Below, in pieces: positions 1 to 10,191 of a stretch of 64,000 nt of DNA. Source of the stretch: Pseudomonadota bacterium (lineage in GTDB: Bacteria; Pseudomonadota; Alphaproteobacteria; Kiloniellales; JAKSDN01); contig JBCCGG010000001.1 in NCBI GenBank assembly GCA_039029395.1, positions 26,974 through 90,973 on the forward strand. The letters run 5' to 3'. The notes under the pieces are model-generated. The model ran no database searches, had not been told where the DNA came from, and saw only the letters and a program-made list of their open reading frames with translations. Numbering within the stretch: the stretch's first letter is position 1; each line of letters starts with the position of its first letter. The translations under genes and the position numbers were made by a program.

Positions 1-450
1 ACAGGTCGTGCGGTCCTGCCAGTCGAGAATCCGCGAATAGGTCTCGGCGCCGACCACCAGCGCGGTCTCGGCCTGACCGCAGCGAATGAAGTTGTTGGCG
101 ACCGAAAGGCCGAACACGAACCCGGAGCAGACCGCCTGGACATCGAAGGCCGCCCCCCCGGTCATGCCCAGCTTGGATTGAATGCGTGTCGCGGTCGCCG
201 GGAAGGTCTCGTCCGGCGTGGTCGTCGCGCAAACGATCAAATCCAGGTCCCGGGCATCCAGGCCGGCTTGGTCCAAGGCCGCCTTGGCAGCCGCCAGACC
301 CAGATCCGAGGTCAGCTCGTCGCTCGCCGCCAGGTGACGCTGGCCGATTCCCGTGCGCTGGCGGATCCAATCGTCGGAGGTTTCGATCTGCTGACTTAGC
401 TCGTCGTTGGTCAGCACCCGGCTGGGCAGATAGGCGCCGCAGCCGATCAT
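1..450 (-). CDS. fabH: 3-oxoacyl-ACP synthase III, N-terminal ~150 aa only (the C-terminus runs off the window)
   Basis: The reverse-strand translation begins [20 protein letters not shown]...[17 protein letters not shown], which is the FabH N-terminus including the active-site Cys region. It lies immediately downstream of plsX in the conserved plsX-fabH order. Confidence 0.8.
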   Translation of the reverse strand, partial: MIGCGAYLPSRVLTNDELSQQIETSDDWIRQRTGIGQRHLAASDELTSDLGLAAAKAALDQAGLDARDLDLIVCATTTPDETFPATATRIQSKLGMTGGAAFDVQAVCSGFVFGLSVANNFIRCGQAETALVVGAETYSRILDWQDRTTC

Positions 451-467
451 TTGGGACCGCCGCACCA

Positions 468-1529
468 TCAGACGGTCGCCGCTGCGCCGTCCGACGGCGA
501 GGACGTCGAAATGGCGTCACAAGCGGCGCGGGTCTGCTCGAGAAAGTCGCGCTTGAGCAGATCGACGGCCACGCCCACGGCATTGGCGAAGCCGAGCGCG
601 TCGGTTCCGCCGTGGCTTTTGACCACAATGCTGTTGAGGCCCAAGAACATCGCTCCATTGTAACGGCGGGGGTCGATTCGATGGCGCAGCTTGTTGAGCG
701 AGGGACGCGCCAGAAGATAGCCCAGGCCCGCCATGATCGAGGACTTGAAAGTGCGCCGGATGTACTCGTTGACCAGCTTCGCGGTGCCCTCGGCGGTCTT
801 CAGCGCAATGTTGCCGGTAAAGCCGTCGGTCACGATGACGTCGACCGTGCCTTTGGCGATGTCGTCGCCCTCGATAAAGCCAACGAACTCGGCTCCCATC
901 TCGGTTGCACGCAGGACCGTGCTTGCCTCGTGCAAAGCCTCGTGGCCCTTGGTTTCCTCAGAGCCAACGTTGAGCAGGCCGTAGGTCGGTGCCGGGATGC
1001 CAAGAACCGCCCGGGCGAAGGCGGTTCCCATAACCGCGAAGTCGACCAGGTTGCGGGCATCGCAGTGCACGTTGGCGCCCAGATCGAGCATCACCGACTC
1101 GCCTTTCAAGGTCGGAAAGAACGAGGCGATCGCCGGCCGGTCGATGCCGGGCAGGGTTTTCAGCACGATTTTGGCCATGGCCATCAGCGCGCCGGTGTTG
1201 CCGGCCGAAACCACGCCGTGGGCCTGCCCCTCCTTCACCGCGTTGATGGCCAGGCGCATCGAAGACTTGCGCCCGGTGCGCAGGGCGACAGACGGCTTTT
1301 CGTCGCCACGCACAACGTCCTCGGCGTGGATCACCGTCGAGACCTGTTGGAGGCGCTTCATCTTTGCGAGCTGCGGAGCGATCTCTTGCTCGCGGCCACA
1401 GAACAGAAAGTGAACCTGCGGGTAGCGTTGACTGGCGATGTTGGCGCCTTTGAGAACGATGTCGGGGGCTTTGTCCCCGCCCATCGCATCCAAAGCTATG
1501 GTGAGCCGATCGCTCAAAGGATCCACCAC
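468..1529 (-). CDS. plsX: phosphate acyltransferase PlsX
   Basis: The 353-aa ORF starts [22 protein letters not shown] and contains [11 protein letters not shown], typical PlsX motifs. The ribosomal L32 gene sits upstream. Confidence 0.9.
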   Translation of the reverse strand: MVDPLSDRLTIALDAMGGDKAPDIVLKGANIASQRYPQVHFLFCGREQEIAPQLAKMKRLQQVSTVIHAEDVVRGDEKPSVALRTGRKSSMRLAINAVKEGQAHGVVSAGNTGALMAMAKIVLKTLPGIDRPAIASFFPTLKGESVMLDLGANVHCDARNLVDFAVMGTAFARAVLGIPAPTYGLLNVGSEETKGHEALHEASTVLRATEMGAEFVGFIEGDDIAKGTVDVIVTDGFTGNIALKTAEGTAKLVNEYIRRTFKSSIMAGLGYLLARPSLNKLRHRIDPRRYNGAMFLGLNSIVVKSHGGTDALGFANAVGVAVDLLKRDFLEQTRAACDAISTSSPSDGAAATV

Positions 1530-1537
1530 TCGCGCCG

Positions 1538-1720
1538 TCAGGCGACCTCGACCTTAACCACTTCGCGGCCGTCGTAATAGCCGCAAGCCGCGCAAACGTG
1601 GTGCGGCCGCTTGAGCTCGCCGCAGTTGGGGCACTCCAGGTAGCCGGCCGAAGGCAGGGCGTCGTGAGCCCGGCGCTGGTTTCGTCTGGACTTGGAGATC
1701 TTTGTCTTTGGAACAGCCAT
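1538..1720 (-). CDS. rpmF: 50S ribosomal protein L32
   Basis: The internal start [22 protein letters not shown]...[14 protein letters not shown] is a typical bacterial L32. The longer ORF running to 1822 is probably an upstream read-through extension. Confidence 0.9.
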   Translation of the reverse strand: MAVPKTKISKSRRNQRRAHDALPSAGYLECPNCGELKRPHHVCAACGYYDGREVVKVEVA

Positions 1721-1831
1721 GATGGTCAGCTCATCTTCTGACAGGGTTGATAATTGTGCGCTTCTTAACGGATCGCACAGACAGCCACAAGCCCGGCAAC
1801 CGAAAGATCGGTGCCGGTCCAATTCGAACGC

Positions 1832-2362
1832 TCAACGGCGCCAGTTTCGCAACGCCGCGAAGGGGCCCTCTGCCGGTGGCGTGTCGCCGTTGGTCTGGCC
1901 CCAACCGCTCTGCTCGAGGCGCGCCTCGGGCGCTCGCGGAAAGGGCTCCAGATGGGAGGCGAAGAGTTGAACCAAGAGCTCGCCCAGGTCAAGCCCTTCG
2001 GCGCCTACCGCCTCCGGCGGATCCTCGCTCTCGACGTCGATGGTGACCTCCTGGCTGGCCGTCTGGGCGCTGGGCGCCGACGTCAGGAGCAGGTCGACCG
2101 GCGTGCGCAGCTCCCGCGGGATGGCCGCTAGGGTGACCACGCAGGACTCCGCGTAGCGGGCTTCCAACTCGCCTGATAGGCGCATCAAGCCGCGGTTGTT
2201 TACGTGCTCGAGCACCAGGCGGGCCTTGAGCTCGTCAAGGGCGGCCAGGTTGAAGCGCTCGGTCAGGGACTGCCGCTCGGCCGGGCCTGCCTCGAGCTGC
2301 CAACTCTGGCCATCCTTGGCGAGCGCCGTGCGGCTCACTGGGAAAGAGAACTCATTGGCCAT
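1832..2362 (-). CDS. YceD/DUF177 family protein (large-subunit biogenesis associated)
   Basis: Using the internal start MANEFSFPVSRTALAKDGQ gives about 177 aa. It sits upstream of rpmF in the conserved yceD-rpmF-plsX arrangement. The Arg/Pro-rich 74-aa N-terminal extension of the listed ORF was rejected. Confidence 0.7.
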   Translation of the reverse strand: MANEFSFPVSRTALAKDGQSWQLEAGPAERQSLTERFNLAALDELKARLVLEHVNNRGLMRLSGELEARYAESCVVTLAAIPRELRTPVDLLLTSAPSAQTASQEVTIDVESEDPPEAVGAEGLDLGELLVQLFASHLEPFPRAPEARLEQSGWGQTNGDTPPAEGPFAALRNWRR

Positions 2363-2897
2363 CGCGACCCGCCTCCGGCGCCGCGCCGAACGCCAATCGG
2401 CCCTCAAGAGCGCAGGCCGTATCCTGGTCCGCCAGCCCGGCGACCTCGCGCCGCAGATAGCCGGCCATGGCCTCAAGCTGCCAGGGCTCGGCCGAGACGG
2501 TGCCGTAGAGGTTGCGGGCGAGCGCCTGCTCGAGGGCCTCGGCGTTGTCCTGGAGCCCGGCTTCGTAAGCTGCGACACGGCCATAGAAGGCCTGCACCAT
2601 GGCCTTGACCTTATGGCTCACGCCAATGTCGCCGGCGCCCATCTCCCGCAGGCTGACGTCCATGTCCAGGAACAATACGTCAAACAGGGCTTGGGCCAGC
2701 TCGGCTGTCTCGTCGCGCTGGCGCCGCAGGCGGTGGAGCAGCAGAAACACATGAAGCACGATCAGCTCGAATCGGCCATCCAGGCTGTCGGGCACGCCGA
2801 GAGACCGATAGAACACCGGCTGGCGCGCTTGCGCCACGGCACGCTCGTAGAGCGCGCGCGCGGCGGCTTCGTTTGGGTCCTTCTTGAAGAGGCGCAT
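2352..2897 (-). CDS. ubiquinol-cytochrome c chaperone (Cbp3-like) domain protein
   Basis: The 181-aa ORF starts MRLFKKDPNEAAARALYERAVAQARQPVFYR and has a FELIVLHVFLLLHRL hydrophobic core. This family is commonly found upstream of yceD in alphaproteobacteria. Confidence 0.6.
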   Translation of the reverse strand: MRLFKKDPNEAAARALYERAVAQARQPVFYRSLGVPDSLDGRFELIVLHVFLLLHRLRRQRDETAELAQALFDVLFLDMDVSLREMGAGDIGVSHKVKAMVQAFYGRVAAYEAGLQDNAEALEQALARNLYGTVSAEPWQLEAMAGYLRREVAGLADQDTACALEGRLAFGAAPEAGRDGQ

Positions 2898-3038
2898 GGC
2901 CTTGGCTCGGTTTTCAGCGGCAGTTCACGCGCCAGCGGTCCGCAGCCGGCACGCAATCCGACCTTGAAATGCGCCTCCCGTTCGGTTTAATCAAGACATT
3001 ATGGCTTTCTGCTGAGAACCCGAAAGAGCGGGTGCGCG

Positions 3039-3485
3039 ATGACCCCGACTAAGACCGGACTGCTGTTCGCCCTGACCCTGCTGGCAACCCAGGGCTGCGG
3101 CGGCAACCTTCAGGTCCATGGCCACATTCCCGATCCGGACGTGGTCTCCCAGATCAGCCCGGGCTCTGACACCCGCCAGTCGGTGGTGGATTTGCTCGGC
3201 ACGCCCTCGACGATTTCAACCTTCGAGGACCAGACCTGGTACTACATCGGACAGAAGACCGAGCAGTTCGCCTTTATGAAGCCTGACGTGATCGAGCGCC
3301 AAATCCTCGTCGTTTCCTTTAGCGATACCGGCTTTGTCGAGGAGACCCGCAACTATGCCCTCGAGCACGGCCGGGTGATCGATCCGGTGACCCGGGAAAC
3401 GCCGACCGAGGGCAAGGAGCTGACTTTCCTGCAGCAGATGTTCGGCAACTTCGGCCGCTTCGATCAGGATAGTATAGGGCAATAG
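3039..3485 (+). CDS. bamE: outer membrane protein assembly factor BamE (SmpA/OmlA lipoprotein)
   Basis: The N-terminal LLATQGCGG lipobox is followed by a roughly 120-aa SmpA/OmlA-like body (DTRQSVVDLLGTPSTISTFEDQTWYYI). Confidence 0.75.
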   Translation: MTPTKTGLLFALTLLATQGCGGNLQVHGHIPDPDVVSQISPGSDTRQSVVDLLGTPSTISTFEDQTWYYIGQKTEQFAFMKPDVIERQILVVSFSDTGFVEETRNYALEHGRVIDPVTRETPTEGKELTFLQQMFGNFGRFDQDSIGQ

Positions 3486-3588
3486 CAGGCTAATCCGCGC
3501 CCCACAGCGGTTTGCATTGGCGCTGGGCGGACTCGGCTGGCTATAACCGAGGCGCGAATTCCGTAACGCGGGGAAAAGGAGGGGCGTC

Positions 3589-4476
3589 ATGACGACGATC
3601 GGCTTTTTCGGGCTCGGCAACATGGGCGGCCCCATGGCAGGCAATCTGGTCAAGGCCGGCCACCGGGTGATCGGATTCGACCTAGCATCAGCCGCGCTCG
3701 AGGCCGCGCGCGGGGCCGGCATCGAGATCGCGGACAGCCCGGCGGCCGCGGTCGCCGAGGCCGAGGCGGTGATCACCATGCTGCCGGCTGGCCAGCATGT
3801 GCGCGGCGCCTACTTGGGCGAAGACGGGCTGATCGCCGCCGTGCAGCCCGGGACCCTGGTGATCGACAGCTCGACGATCGATGTGGCGAGCGCCCGGGAG
3901 GTCCACGGCGCGGCGGATGCGGCGGGCCTGGACATGCTCGACGCGCCGGTTTCCGGCGGCGTCGCCGGAGCCGAAGCAGGGCTTCTCACCTTCATGTGCG
4001 GTGGTTCGGAGGCGGCCTTCTCCCGGGCTAAGCCTTTGCTCGACATCATGGGGCGCAACATCGTGCACGCCGGCGGCCCGGGCAACGGGCAAGTCGCCAA
4101 GGTCTGCAACAACATGATCTTGGGCATCTCCATGATCGGCGTCGCCGAGGCCTTCAATCTGGCCGAGGCGCTCGGCCTGGAGGCGCAGAAGCTGTTCGAC
4201 ATTTCTTCGGTCTCCTCGGGGTCCTGTTGGGCCATGCTGAACCACTTGCCGGTACCCGATATCGTCGAGACCGCGGCCGCCAACCGGGGGTACAAGCCGG
4301 GCTTTGCAGCGGCCATGATGTTGAAGGACCTGAAGCTGTCCCAGTCGGCTGCTCAGCAGGCCGACGTGGCGACCCCGCTCGGTGCCCAGGCGACGGCGCT
4401 ATACGACATTTTCGTCAAGGCCGATCAAGAGGGGCTCGACTACTCGGCAATCATCCGTATGATTCGCGGACGTTGA
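3589..4476 (+). CDS. mmsB: 3-hydroxyisobutyrate dehydrogenase (NAD-binding 6-phosphogluconate-dehydrogenase-like family)
   Basis: MTTIGFFGLGNMGGPMAGNL is a Rossmann GxGxxG. DAPVSGG, the overall length and conservation throughout match the HIBADH family. Confidence 0.85.
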   Translation: MTTIGFFGLGNMGGPMAGNLVKAGHRVIGFDLASAALEAARGAGIEIADSPAAAVAEAEAVITMLPAGQHVRGAYLGEDGLIAAVQPGTLVIDSSTIDVASAREVHGAADAAGLDMLDAPVSGGVAGAEAGLLTFMCGGSEAAFSRAKPLLDIMGRNIVHAGGPGNGQVAKVCNNMILGISMIGVAEAFNLAEALGLEAQKLFDISSVSSGSCWAMLNHLPVPDIVETAAANRGYKPGFAAAMMLKDLKLSQSAAQQADVATPLGAQATALYDIFVKADQEGLDYSAIIRMIRGR

Positions 4477-4665
4477 TGGAGATCTTGATGCAACTGAACG
4501 GAGTGGAGTGCCTGAGAAGTTGCAATTTCGGGGGTATTCTCTCGAAAATCTCCGGCAAAGCTGAAGAGACTGGCGTCAAATTCGAGCCAATTCCGGCTGA
4601 TTAAGACGCCGTTAACCTGTTTTCGGCTAGGATAGCCTTCGATCCAATAGACGCGATGCCCAAAC

Positions 4666-5154
4666 TTGTGGGGAGCAGCCGTGAAGACCGCTTATCTCGA
4701 AACCATCTCGCTCATCGAGCGCCTGCACCGTCAATGCCTTGAAGTCGTCAAGGCCGAGCTCGACCGCATCGGCATTCGCGATCTCAATAACGTCCAGGCC
4801 TTGATCCTGTTCAACATCGGCAATGAGGAGCTGACGGTGGGTGAGTTGACCCAGCGCGGCTATTACCTCGGCTCGAACGTGTCCTACAATGTCAAGAAGA
4901 TGGTCGAGAATGGCTATCTCGAGCAGCAGCGCTCGCAGCACGATCGCCGCTCGTTCCACGTAAGAGCAGCCGACAAAGGCTTGGAGATCTCCAGGTATCT
5001 TGACGAGCTGTTTCAGAATCAGGCCAGCCGTCTGGACGACGCCCAGCTCGAGGAACACGCACTCGAACTTGCCAATGCCACGCTGGGCCGTTTGGGTCAG
5101 TTCTGGGCCACGCCGCCTGCGCGCTTCGGCCAACATATGACCTCTGCCGCCTAA
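4666..5154 (+). CDS. MarR-family winged-helix transcriptional regulator
   Basis: The 162-aa ORF has the wHTH region IRDLNNVQALILFNIGNEELTVGELTQRGYYLGSNVSYNVKKMVENGYLE. The true start may be a few codons downstream. Confidence 0.65.
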   Translation: MWGAAVKTAYLETISLIERLHRQCLEVVKAELDRIGIRDLNNVQALILFNIGNEELTVGELTQRGYYLGSNVSYNVKKMVENGYLEQQRSQHDRRSFHVRAADKGLEISRYLDELFQNQASRLDDAQLEEHALELANATLGRLGQFWATPPARFGQHMTSAA

Positions 5155-5163
5155 CGGAAGAGA

Positions 5164-6135
5164 CTAGGGCGCCAGCCGCAGCCAAGCAGTAACCGGTAGG
5201 TGATCGGACCCCACGTTGGGGCCCGAGGCTATCCACGCGACCTCTATATCGTCGCTTACCAAAATATGGTCGATACCGATTCCCAAGTCGCCCAGCCGGG
5301 CCGGCCAGGTGGCCACCCAGCCTTGGCCCTTGGCGGCGTCGCGCAGTTCGGTGCCCTCGGTGAGGGCCTGGAAGTATCGCGACCAGGAGGTCGTGTTGAA
5401 ATCGCCGGCAACGATGATCGGTTGCTCGTAGTTCGGCAGGTGAAGCTTCAACGCTTTGAACAGCTTGTTGCGGGCCTCGAAGCCCCGGTCCCAAGTCGGG
5501 TTTGCGGCATGTAGCGTGATCACCGTGGCTCGGCGATCGCCCAGCTCCACTTGGAACACCAGGAACGAGTTTCGCCGCGCTATGCGAATGCGGTGGCCGA
5601 CCGGGATCGGCGTGCGGCTGAAGATCATTCTGGAATGACGCCGTGGCACTTGGCCAGGGCCGAAATGATCGAACCGTGCGGCCAGGCGGGCCAGCAAGGG
5701 CTTGGGAATGCGGTAGGACTCCTGGAGCAGCAGGATGTCCGGATCCTTTTCGTCCAAATAGGCCAAGAAAGCCTCTTCATCGACCCGACCGCCGCCCATG
5801 TTGAAGGTCGTGACGACCAAGGGGCGGCTCGCCGCCTGCGGCGTGGCGGCCGTCGCAACGCCGCTGCCAAAGTCGCCCAGCCCAAAGGACCAGCTCAAGG
5901 CGGGAACCTGGGCGAGCAAGCTTAGCCCGGCCAAGCCGGCCATGTACGGCAGCCGAAAGCTCATGGCGAGCACGATCAGGACCGCGAGCACCAGCGCCAT
6001 TTGCAGGGGAAAATGGACAAATAAATGAAAACCCCACCATTGGCCCTCGAGCAAGCCGGCCAGGGTGGCGAGCGCGGCGAGCACCACGGCGAGCGCAACG
6101 AGACGGCGCGCAGCCTTGTGCCAGAGAGATCTCAC
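5164..6135 (-). CDS. endonuclease/exonuclease/phosphatase (EEP) family membrane protein
   Basis: The N-terminus has TM helices. This is followed by an EEP-like body with the C-terminal DHILVS...GSDHLPV catalytic motifs. Confidence 0.7.
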   Translation of the reverse strand: MRSLWHKAARRLVALAVVLAALATLAGLLEGQWWGFHLFVHFPLQMALVLAVLIVLAMSFRLPYMAGLAGLSLLAQVPALSWSFGLGDFGSGVATAATPQAASRPLVVTTFNMGGGRVDEEAFLAYLDEKDPDILLLQESYRIPKPLLARLAARFDHFGPGQVPRRHSRMIFSRTPIPVGHRIRIARRNSFLVFQVELGDRRATVITLHAANPTWDRGFEARNKLFKALKLHLPNYEQPIIVAGDFNTTSWSRYFQALTEGTELRDAAKGQGWVATWPARLGDLGIGIDHILVSDDIEVAWIASGPNVGSDHLPVTAWLRLAP

Positions 6136-6317
6136 GGCGCCTCAGGCAAGGGCTTAAATGTCGGATCGGGCCTGGCGACGCTCATGTCGGTATCCGCGAG
6201 AGACTCGGTAAGAGGCGCACATGATACCCCATCGCACGCCTTGGGAAAGGCTGCGGCGCGCGACGGATTGGTGAAAGGCTACCTGTTTGTGAATGCTACC
6301 TGACGATGGGCGAACTC

Positions 6318-6752
6318 TCAGCGCCGCTTGGTGCGGCGCTTGGCGGTGCGGCCCAGTCCGATTTTCTTGGCGAAGGCGGAGCGCTGCTTGGCGTAGTTCG
6401 GGGCGACCATAGGATAGTCGGCGCCCAGGCCCCAGCGCGCGCGGTACTCTTCCGGTGTCATGTCGTAAGTCGTGCGCAGGTGGCGTTTGAGCATCTTGAG
6501 CTTCTTGCCGTCCTCCAGGCACACAAGATAGTCTGGCGTGATCGAGCGGCGCACCGGCACGGCCGGCTTCAGAGGTTCGCTCCTCTCGATGCCGCCACCA
6601 TTCAATGCTTGCAACGACCCATGTACAGTCTGAATGACTTTACTTAGTTCAGAAGTAGGCAAGGGATTGTTCTTGACATAGGCAGCAACAACTTCGGTTG
6701 TCATGCGCAATAACTCAGAAGAGGCCAGCCCAGCTTGTTTTTGTTCAGTCAT
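6318..6752 (-). CDS. mucR: MucR/Ros family zinc-finger transcriptional regulator
   Basis: The 144-aa ORF carries ITPDYLVCLEDGKKLKMLKRHLRTTYDMTPEEYRARWGL, the Ros/MucR C2H2-like zinc-finger signature. The promoter region upstream is AT-rich. Confidence 0.9.
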   Translation of the reverse strand: MTEQKQAGLASSELLRMTTEVVAAYVKNNPLPTSELSKVIQTVHGSLQALNGGGIERSEPLKPAVPVRRSITPDYLVCLEDGKKLKMLKRHLRTTYDMTPEEYRARWGLGADYPMVAPNYAKQRSAFAKKIGLGRTAKRRTKRR

Positions 6753-7254
6753 AATTACCTTCCACTCTACTTAATCTCCCCGATTTGAAGGAAACTTGCA
6801 TAAGAATACTGCGCTGTCAATTGTCAACCTACTTGGCGTCAATTTTAATAAAATACAATCTAAACTATGTTCCTATTGGGTCGTAAATAGACCCAATGTT
6901 GTTGCACAAGCAAAGCCATGACGAAGACTGGCGGACGTCAACAACCACTCGTAGGATGTTAAGAGGGCTGTCGAAGGCGCTTCGTGACGGCATGCGGACT
7001 GGCGTATAGCCCAGAGATGGGCGTTGATTGCAATCGGCCGGCCCACACGTTGTGTCGTACTTTCACGCATCTGCGACATATGGTAGCTTCACCGGAATGC
7101 CGATGGGCGTCGGGCGCCGGGGAGGGCAAGGCACCGCATTTTTTCGGTGGACGGGACCTCTTGCCGGTGGCAAAGGAGGCGCCAATTGGCCGCTGCCGAC
7201 GGCATGCGGATTTCTTGGGGTCCCGAAACAGGGCTAGACATAGGGGGATCGATC

Positions 7255-8565
7255 GTGAGCGCAGTTGACGTGCATAAGGAAGACTTTGTGGAAGGCGGCT
7301 TCTTCACTGGCCATCTTTCCGAGACCGATCCGGAGCTGGCCGAAGCCATTCGCGAGGAGCTCGGCCGCCAGCAGGACCAGATCGAGCTGATCGCCTCGGA
7401 GAACGTGGTCTCCCTGGCCGTGCTCGAGGCCCAGGGTTCGGTGCTGACCAACAAGTACGCCGAGGGCTATCCCGGCCGGCGCTACTACGGCGGCTGCGAG
7501 TTCGTCGACAAGGCCGAGGCCCTGGCGATCGACCGGGCCAAGCGACTCTTTGACTGCAGCTTCATCAACGTGCAGCCTCATTCCGGCGCCCAAGCCAATC
7601 AATGCGTGCTGCTCGCGCTGTGCAAGCCGGGCGACACCATTATGGGACTGGCGCTCTCGGCTGGCGGTCACCTAACCCACGGTGCCGCACCGAACCTCTC
7701 AGGCAAGTGGTTCAATGCGGTCCAGTACGGCGTGCGGCCCGAGGACGGCCAGATCGATTTCGACGAGGTCGAGCGCCTGGCCCGGGAGCATAAACCGAAA
7801 CTGATCATCACCGGCGGCTCGGCCTATCCGCGCCAGATTGACTTTGCCCGCTTCCGGGCGATCGCAGACGAGGTCGGCGCCTATTTCCAAGTGGATATGG
7901 CTCACTTCGCCGGCCTGGTTGCGGCCGGCGTGCATCCCACCCCGCTGCCCCACGCCCATGTGGTCACGACCACGACGCACAAGACCCTGCGCGGCGGGCG
8001 CGGTGGTATGATCCTTTCGAACGACGAAGCGCTCGGCAAGAAGATCAACTCTGCGGCATTCCCGGGCCTCCAGGGCGGCCCGCTGATGCACGTCATCGCC
8101 TCCAAGGCGGCGGCCTTTGGCGAGGCGCTCAAGCCAAGCTTCAAGATTTATGCCCAGACTGTGGTGGAGAACGCCAAGACCCTGGCGCAGGTCCTGGTCG
8201 AGAACGGCTGCGACATCGTTTCGGGCGGCACCGACACCCACCTCATGTTGGTCGACCTTCGGCCCAAGGGCCTGACCGGCAAGGCTGCCGAGGAGAGCCT
8301 CGACCGGGCGGGTATCACCTGCAACAAGAACGGCGTGCCCTTCGATCCGGAGAAGCCGATGATCACCTCGGGCATTCGCCTTGGTACCCCGGCCGCGACG
8401 ACCCGCGGCTTCGGGCCCGCGGAGTTCCGTCAAGTGGGCGAGCTGATTGCCCGGGTGCTCGACGGTCTGGTTGCCAACCCGGAGGACAACAGCGCGGTCG
8501 AAGCCGAGGTGCGGGCCGAAGTGGTCGCGCTCTGCCGCCGCTTCCCGATCTATCCGAACCTCTAA
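7255..8565 (+). CDS. glyA: serine hydroxymethyltransferase
   Basis: Conserved from [30 protein letters not shown] through to the end. The GTG start at 7255 was chosen because a GGGGGA ribosome-binding site precedes it. The longer ORF from 7147 was rejected as an upstream extension. Confidence 0.9.
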   Translation: MSAVDVHKEDFVEGGFFTGHLSETDPELAEAIREELGRQQDQIELIASENVVSLAVLEAQGSVLTNKYAEGYPGRRYYGGCEFVDKAEALAIDRAKRLFDCSFINVQPHSGAQANQCVLLALCKPGDTIMGLALSAGGHLTHGAAPNLSGKWFNAVQYGVRPEDGQIDFDEVERLAREHKPKLIITGGSAYPRQIDFARFRAIADEVGAYFQVDMAHFAGLVAAGVHPTPLPHAHVVTTTTHKTLRGGRGGMILSNDEALGKKINSAAFPGLQGGPLMHVIASKAAAFGEALKPSFKIYAQTVVENAKTLAQVLVENGCDIVSGGTDTHLMLVDLRPKGLTGKAAEESLDRAGITCNKNGVPFDPEKPMITSGIRLGTPAATTRGFGPAEFRQVGELIARVLDGLVANPEDNSAVEAEVRAEVVALCRRFPIYPNL

Positions 8566-8616
8566 GCTAATAGGGGGAAGGAACCGCGACACCCGCTGGC
8601 TTGAGAGGGGAAGGCC

Positions 8617-9078
8617 ATGCGCTGCCCGTTTTGCGGCAACGAAGACACCCAAGTGAAGGATTCGCGACCGACCGAGGACAACTCGGCAATCCGGCGGCGC
8701 CGACAGTGCCCGAACTGCGGCGCTCGCTTCACGACCTTCGAGCGGGTTCAGCTCCGCGAGCTGACGGTGCTCAAAACGACCGGGCAGCGCCAACCCTTTG
8801 ACCGGGAAAAGCTGTTGCGTTCCATGTCGATCGCGCTGCAGAAGCGCCCGGTCGAGGCTGAGCGCATCGAGCGTATCGTCAACGGCATGGTACGGCGGCT
8901 GGAGTCCATGGGTGAGAGCGAGATCAAGTCCCAGACCATCGGCGAGATGGTGATGGATGCGCTCTCTCACCTGGACCAGGTAGCCTACGTGCGCTTCGCC
9001 TCGGTCTACCGCAACTTCAGGGACGCCGGCGCGTTCGAGGAATTCATCGAAAAGCACGTCGCCGAAGAGACCAAGTAA
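8617..9078 (+). CDS. nrdR: transcriptional repressor NrdR
   Basis: [42 protein letters not shown] is a near-invariant NrdR zinc-ribbon and ATP-cone sequence. Confidence 0.95.
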   Translation: MRCPFCGNEDTQVKDSRPTEDNSAIRRRRQCPNCGARFTTFERVQLRELTVLKTTGQRQPFDREKLLRSMSIALQKRPVEAERIERIVNGMVRRLESMGESEIKSQTIGEMVMDALSHLDQVAYVRFASVYRNFRDAGAFEEFIEKHVAEETK

Positions 9079-9083
9079 ATAGA

Positions 9084-10181
9084 ATGGGCGATGCCGATCA
9101 CATGGCGGCGGCCTTGGTCTTGGCCGGCCGGGGCCTGGGCGCGACCGCGCCAAATCCTTCGGTCGGCTGCGTGCTGGTCAAGGAAGGCCGGGTGGTTGGG
9201 CGCGGCTGGACCCAAGCGGGTGGCCGGCCCCATGCCGAGACCGAAGCTCTGGCCCGTGCCGGGGCGGCGGCCGAGGCGGCAACCGCCTACGTCACGCTCG
9301 AGCCTTGTGCTCATCACGGCCGCACGCCGCCCTGTGCCGATGCGCTGATTCGCGCCAAGATCGCCCGCTGCGTGGTCGCCCTCGAGGACCCGGACGGCCG
9401 GGTCGCGGGCAAAGGCATCGCGCTGCTCAAGGCCGCCGGCGTTGCGGTCGAGACCGGTCTCCTGGCCGAGCGTGCCGCGGAGCTTAACGCCGGCTATTTG
9501 CGACGTCTTTCCCTTGGCCGGCCCTTGGTCACCCTCAAGGTGGCGAGCAGCTTGGATGGGCGGATTGCCACGCGCAACGGCGAGAGTCAGTGGATCACCG
9601 GGCCCCAGTCGCGCGCCAGGGCCCATCTGCTCCGCGCCCAGTACGACGCGGTGCTGGTCGGCAGCGGCACGGCGGTTACCGACAATCCGCGGCTCGACGT
9701 GCGCCTGGCCGGCCTGGCCGAGCGCTCGCCCGTGCGCGTGGTGCTCGATGGCCGCCTGCGCTTGCCGCTGACTCATGACCTGGTGGCGCGCGCGGTCGAG
9801 CAGCGAACCCTCCTGATGACCCGCCGCGGCAACGATGCCATGCGCCTGGAAGGCTATCGCTCAGCCGGCGTCGAGGTCGTCGAGCTGGAGGACGACGAGG
9901 ACGGCAATCTTTCGCTGATCGCCGCGCTAGAGGCGCTTGGCGCCCGCGGCATGAACAACGTGCTGGTCGAGGGCGGTGGCCACGTGGCGGCCGACCTGCT
10001 GCGCCGCCGCCTAGCCGATCGCTTGATCTGGTTTCGGGCGCCGCGCATGATCGGCGGCGACGGCCTGGCCGCCGCGGTCGGCTTCGGCCTTGAAGAGCTG
10101 GCCGCGACACCCAACTTCCAACGGCTATCCGCGCTGCCCTGTGGCGAGGACGTCATGGAAACCTACCGTCTGGTGGCTTAG
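9084..10181 (+). CDS. ribD: bifunctional riboflavin biosynthesis protein RibD (deaminase/reductase)
   Basis: The deaminase zinc motif HAE...PCAHHGRTPPC is followed by the reductase domain (LKVASSLDGRIA). Confidence 0.9.
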   Translation: MGDADHMAAALVLAGRGLGATAPNPSVGCVLVKEGRVVGRGWTQAGGRPHAETEALARAGAAAEAATAYVTLEPCAHHGRTPPCADALIRAKIARCVVALEDPDGRVAGKGIALLKAAGVAVETGLLAERAAELNAGYLRRLSLGRPLVTLKVASSLDGRIATRNGESQWITGPQSRARAHLLRAQYDAVLVGSGTAVTDNPRLDVRLAGLAERSPVRVVLDGRLRLPLTHDLVARAVEQRTLLMTRRGNDAMRLEGYRSAGVEVVELEDDEDGNLSLIAALEALGARGMNNVLVEGGGHVAADLLRRRLADRLIWFRAPRMIGGDGLAAAVGFGLEELAATPNFQRLSALPCGEDVMETYRLVA

Positions 10182-10191
10182 GACCCGCGAA

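Noticed and set aside
186-1577. A 463-aa plus-strand ORF
   Set aside because: It is antisense to plsX. Its Arg/Gly/Ala-rich low-complexity translation is typical of a spurious ORF in high-GC DNA.
1832-2584. A 250-aa version of the yceD ORF
   Set aside because: The first 74 codons are Pro/Arg/Ser-rich and overlap the Cbp3-like gene in another frame. The internal Met gives a canonical DUF177 length of about 177 aa.
6984-7254. A possible ZTP/pfl or other riboswitch in the roughly 500-nt leader of glyA
   Set aside because: I searched for the conserved GGGTCGTGACTGGCG ... CCGCCTGGGCA pseudoknot elements and did not find them. Only generic GC-rich hairpins are present. A long leader alone is not evidence.
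7699-9153. A 484-aa minus-strand ORF
   Set aside because: It is antisense to glyA and nrdR and has no domain-like sequence. It is a GC-rich artefact.
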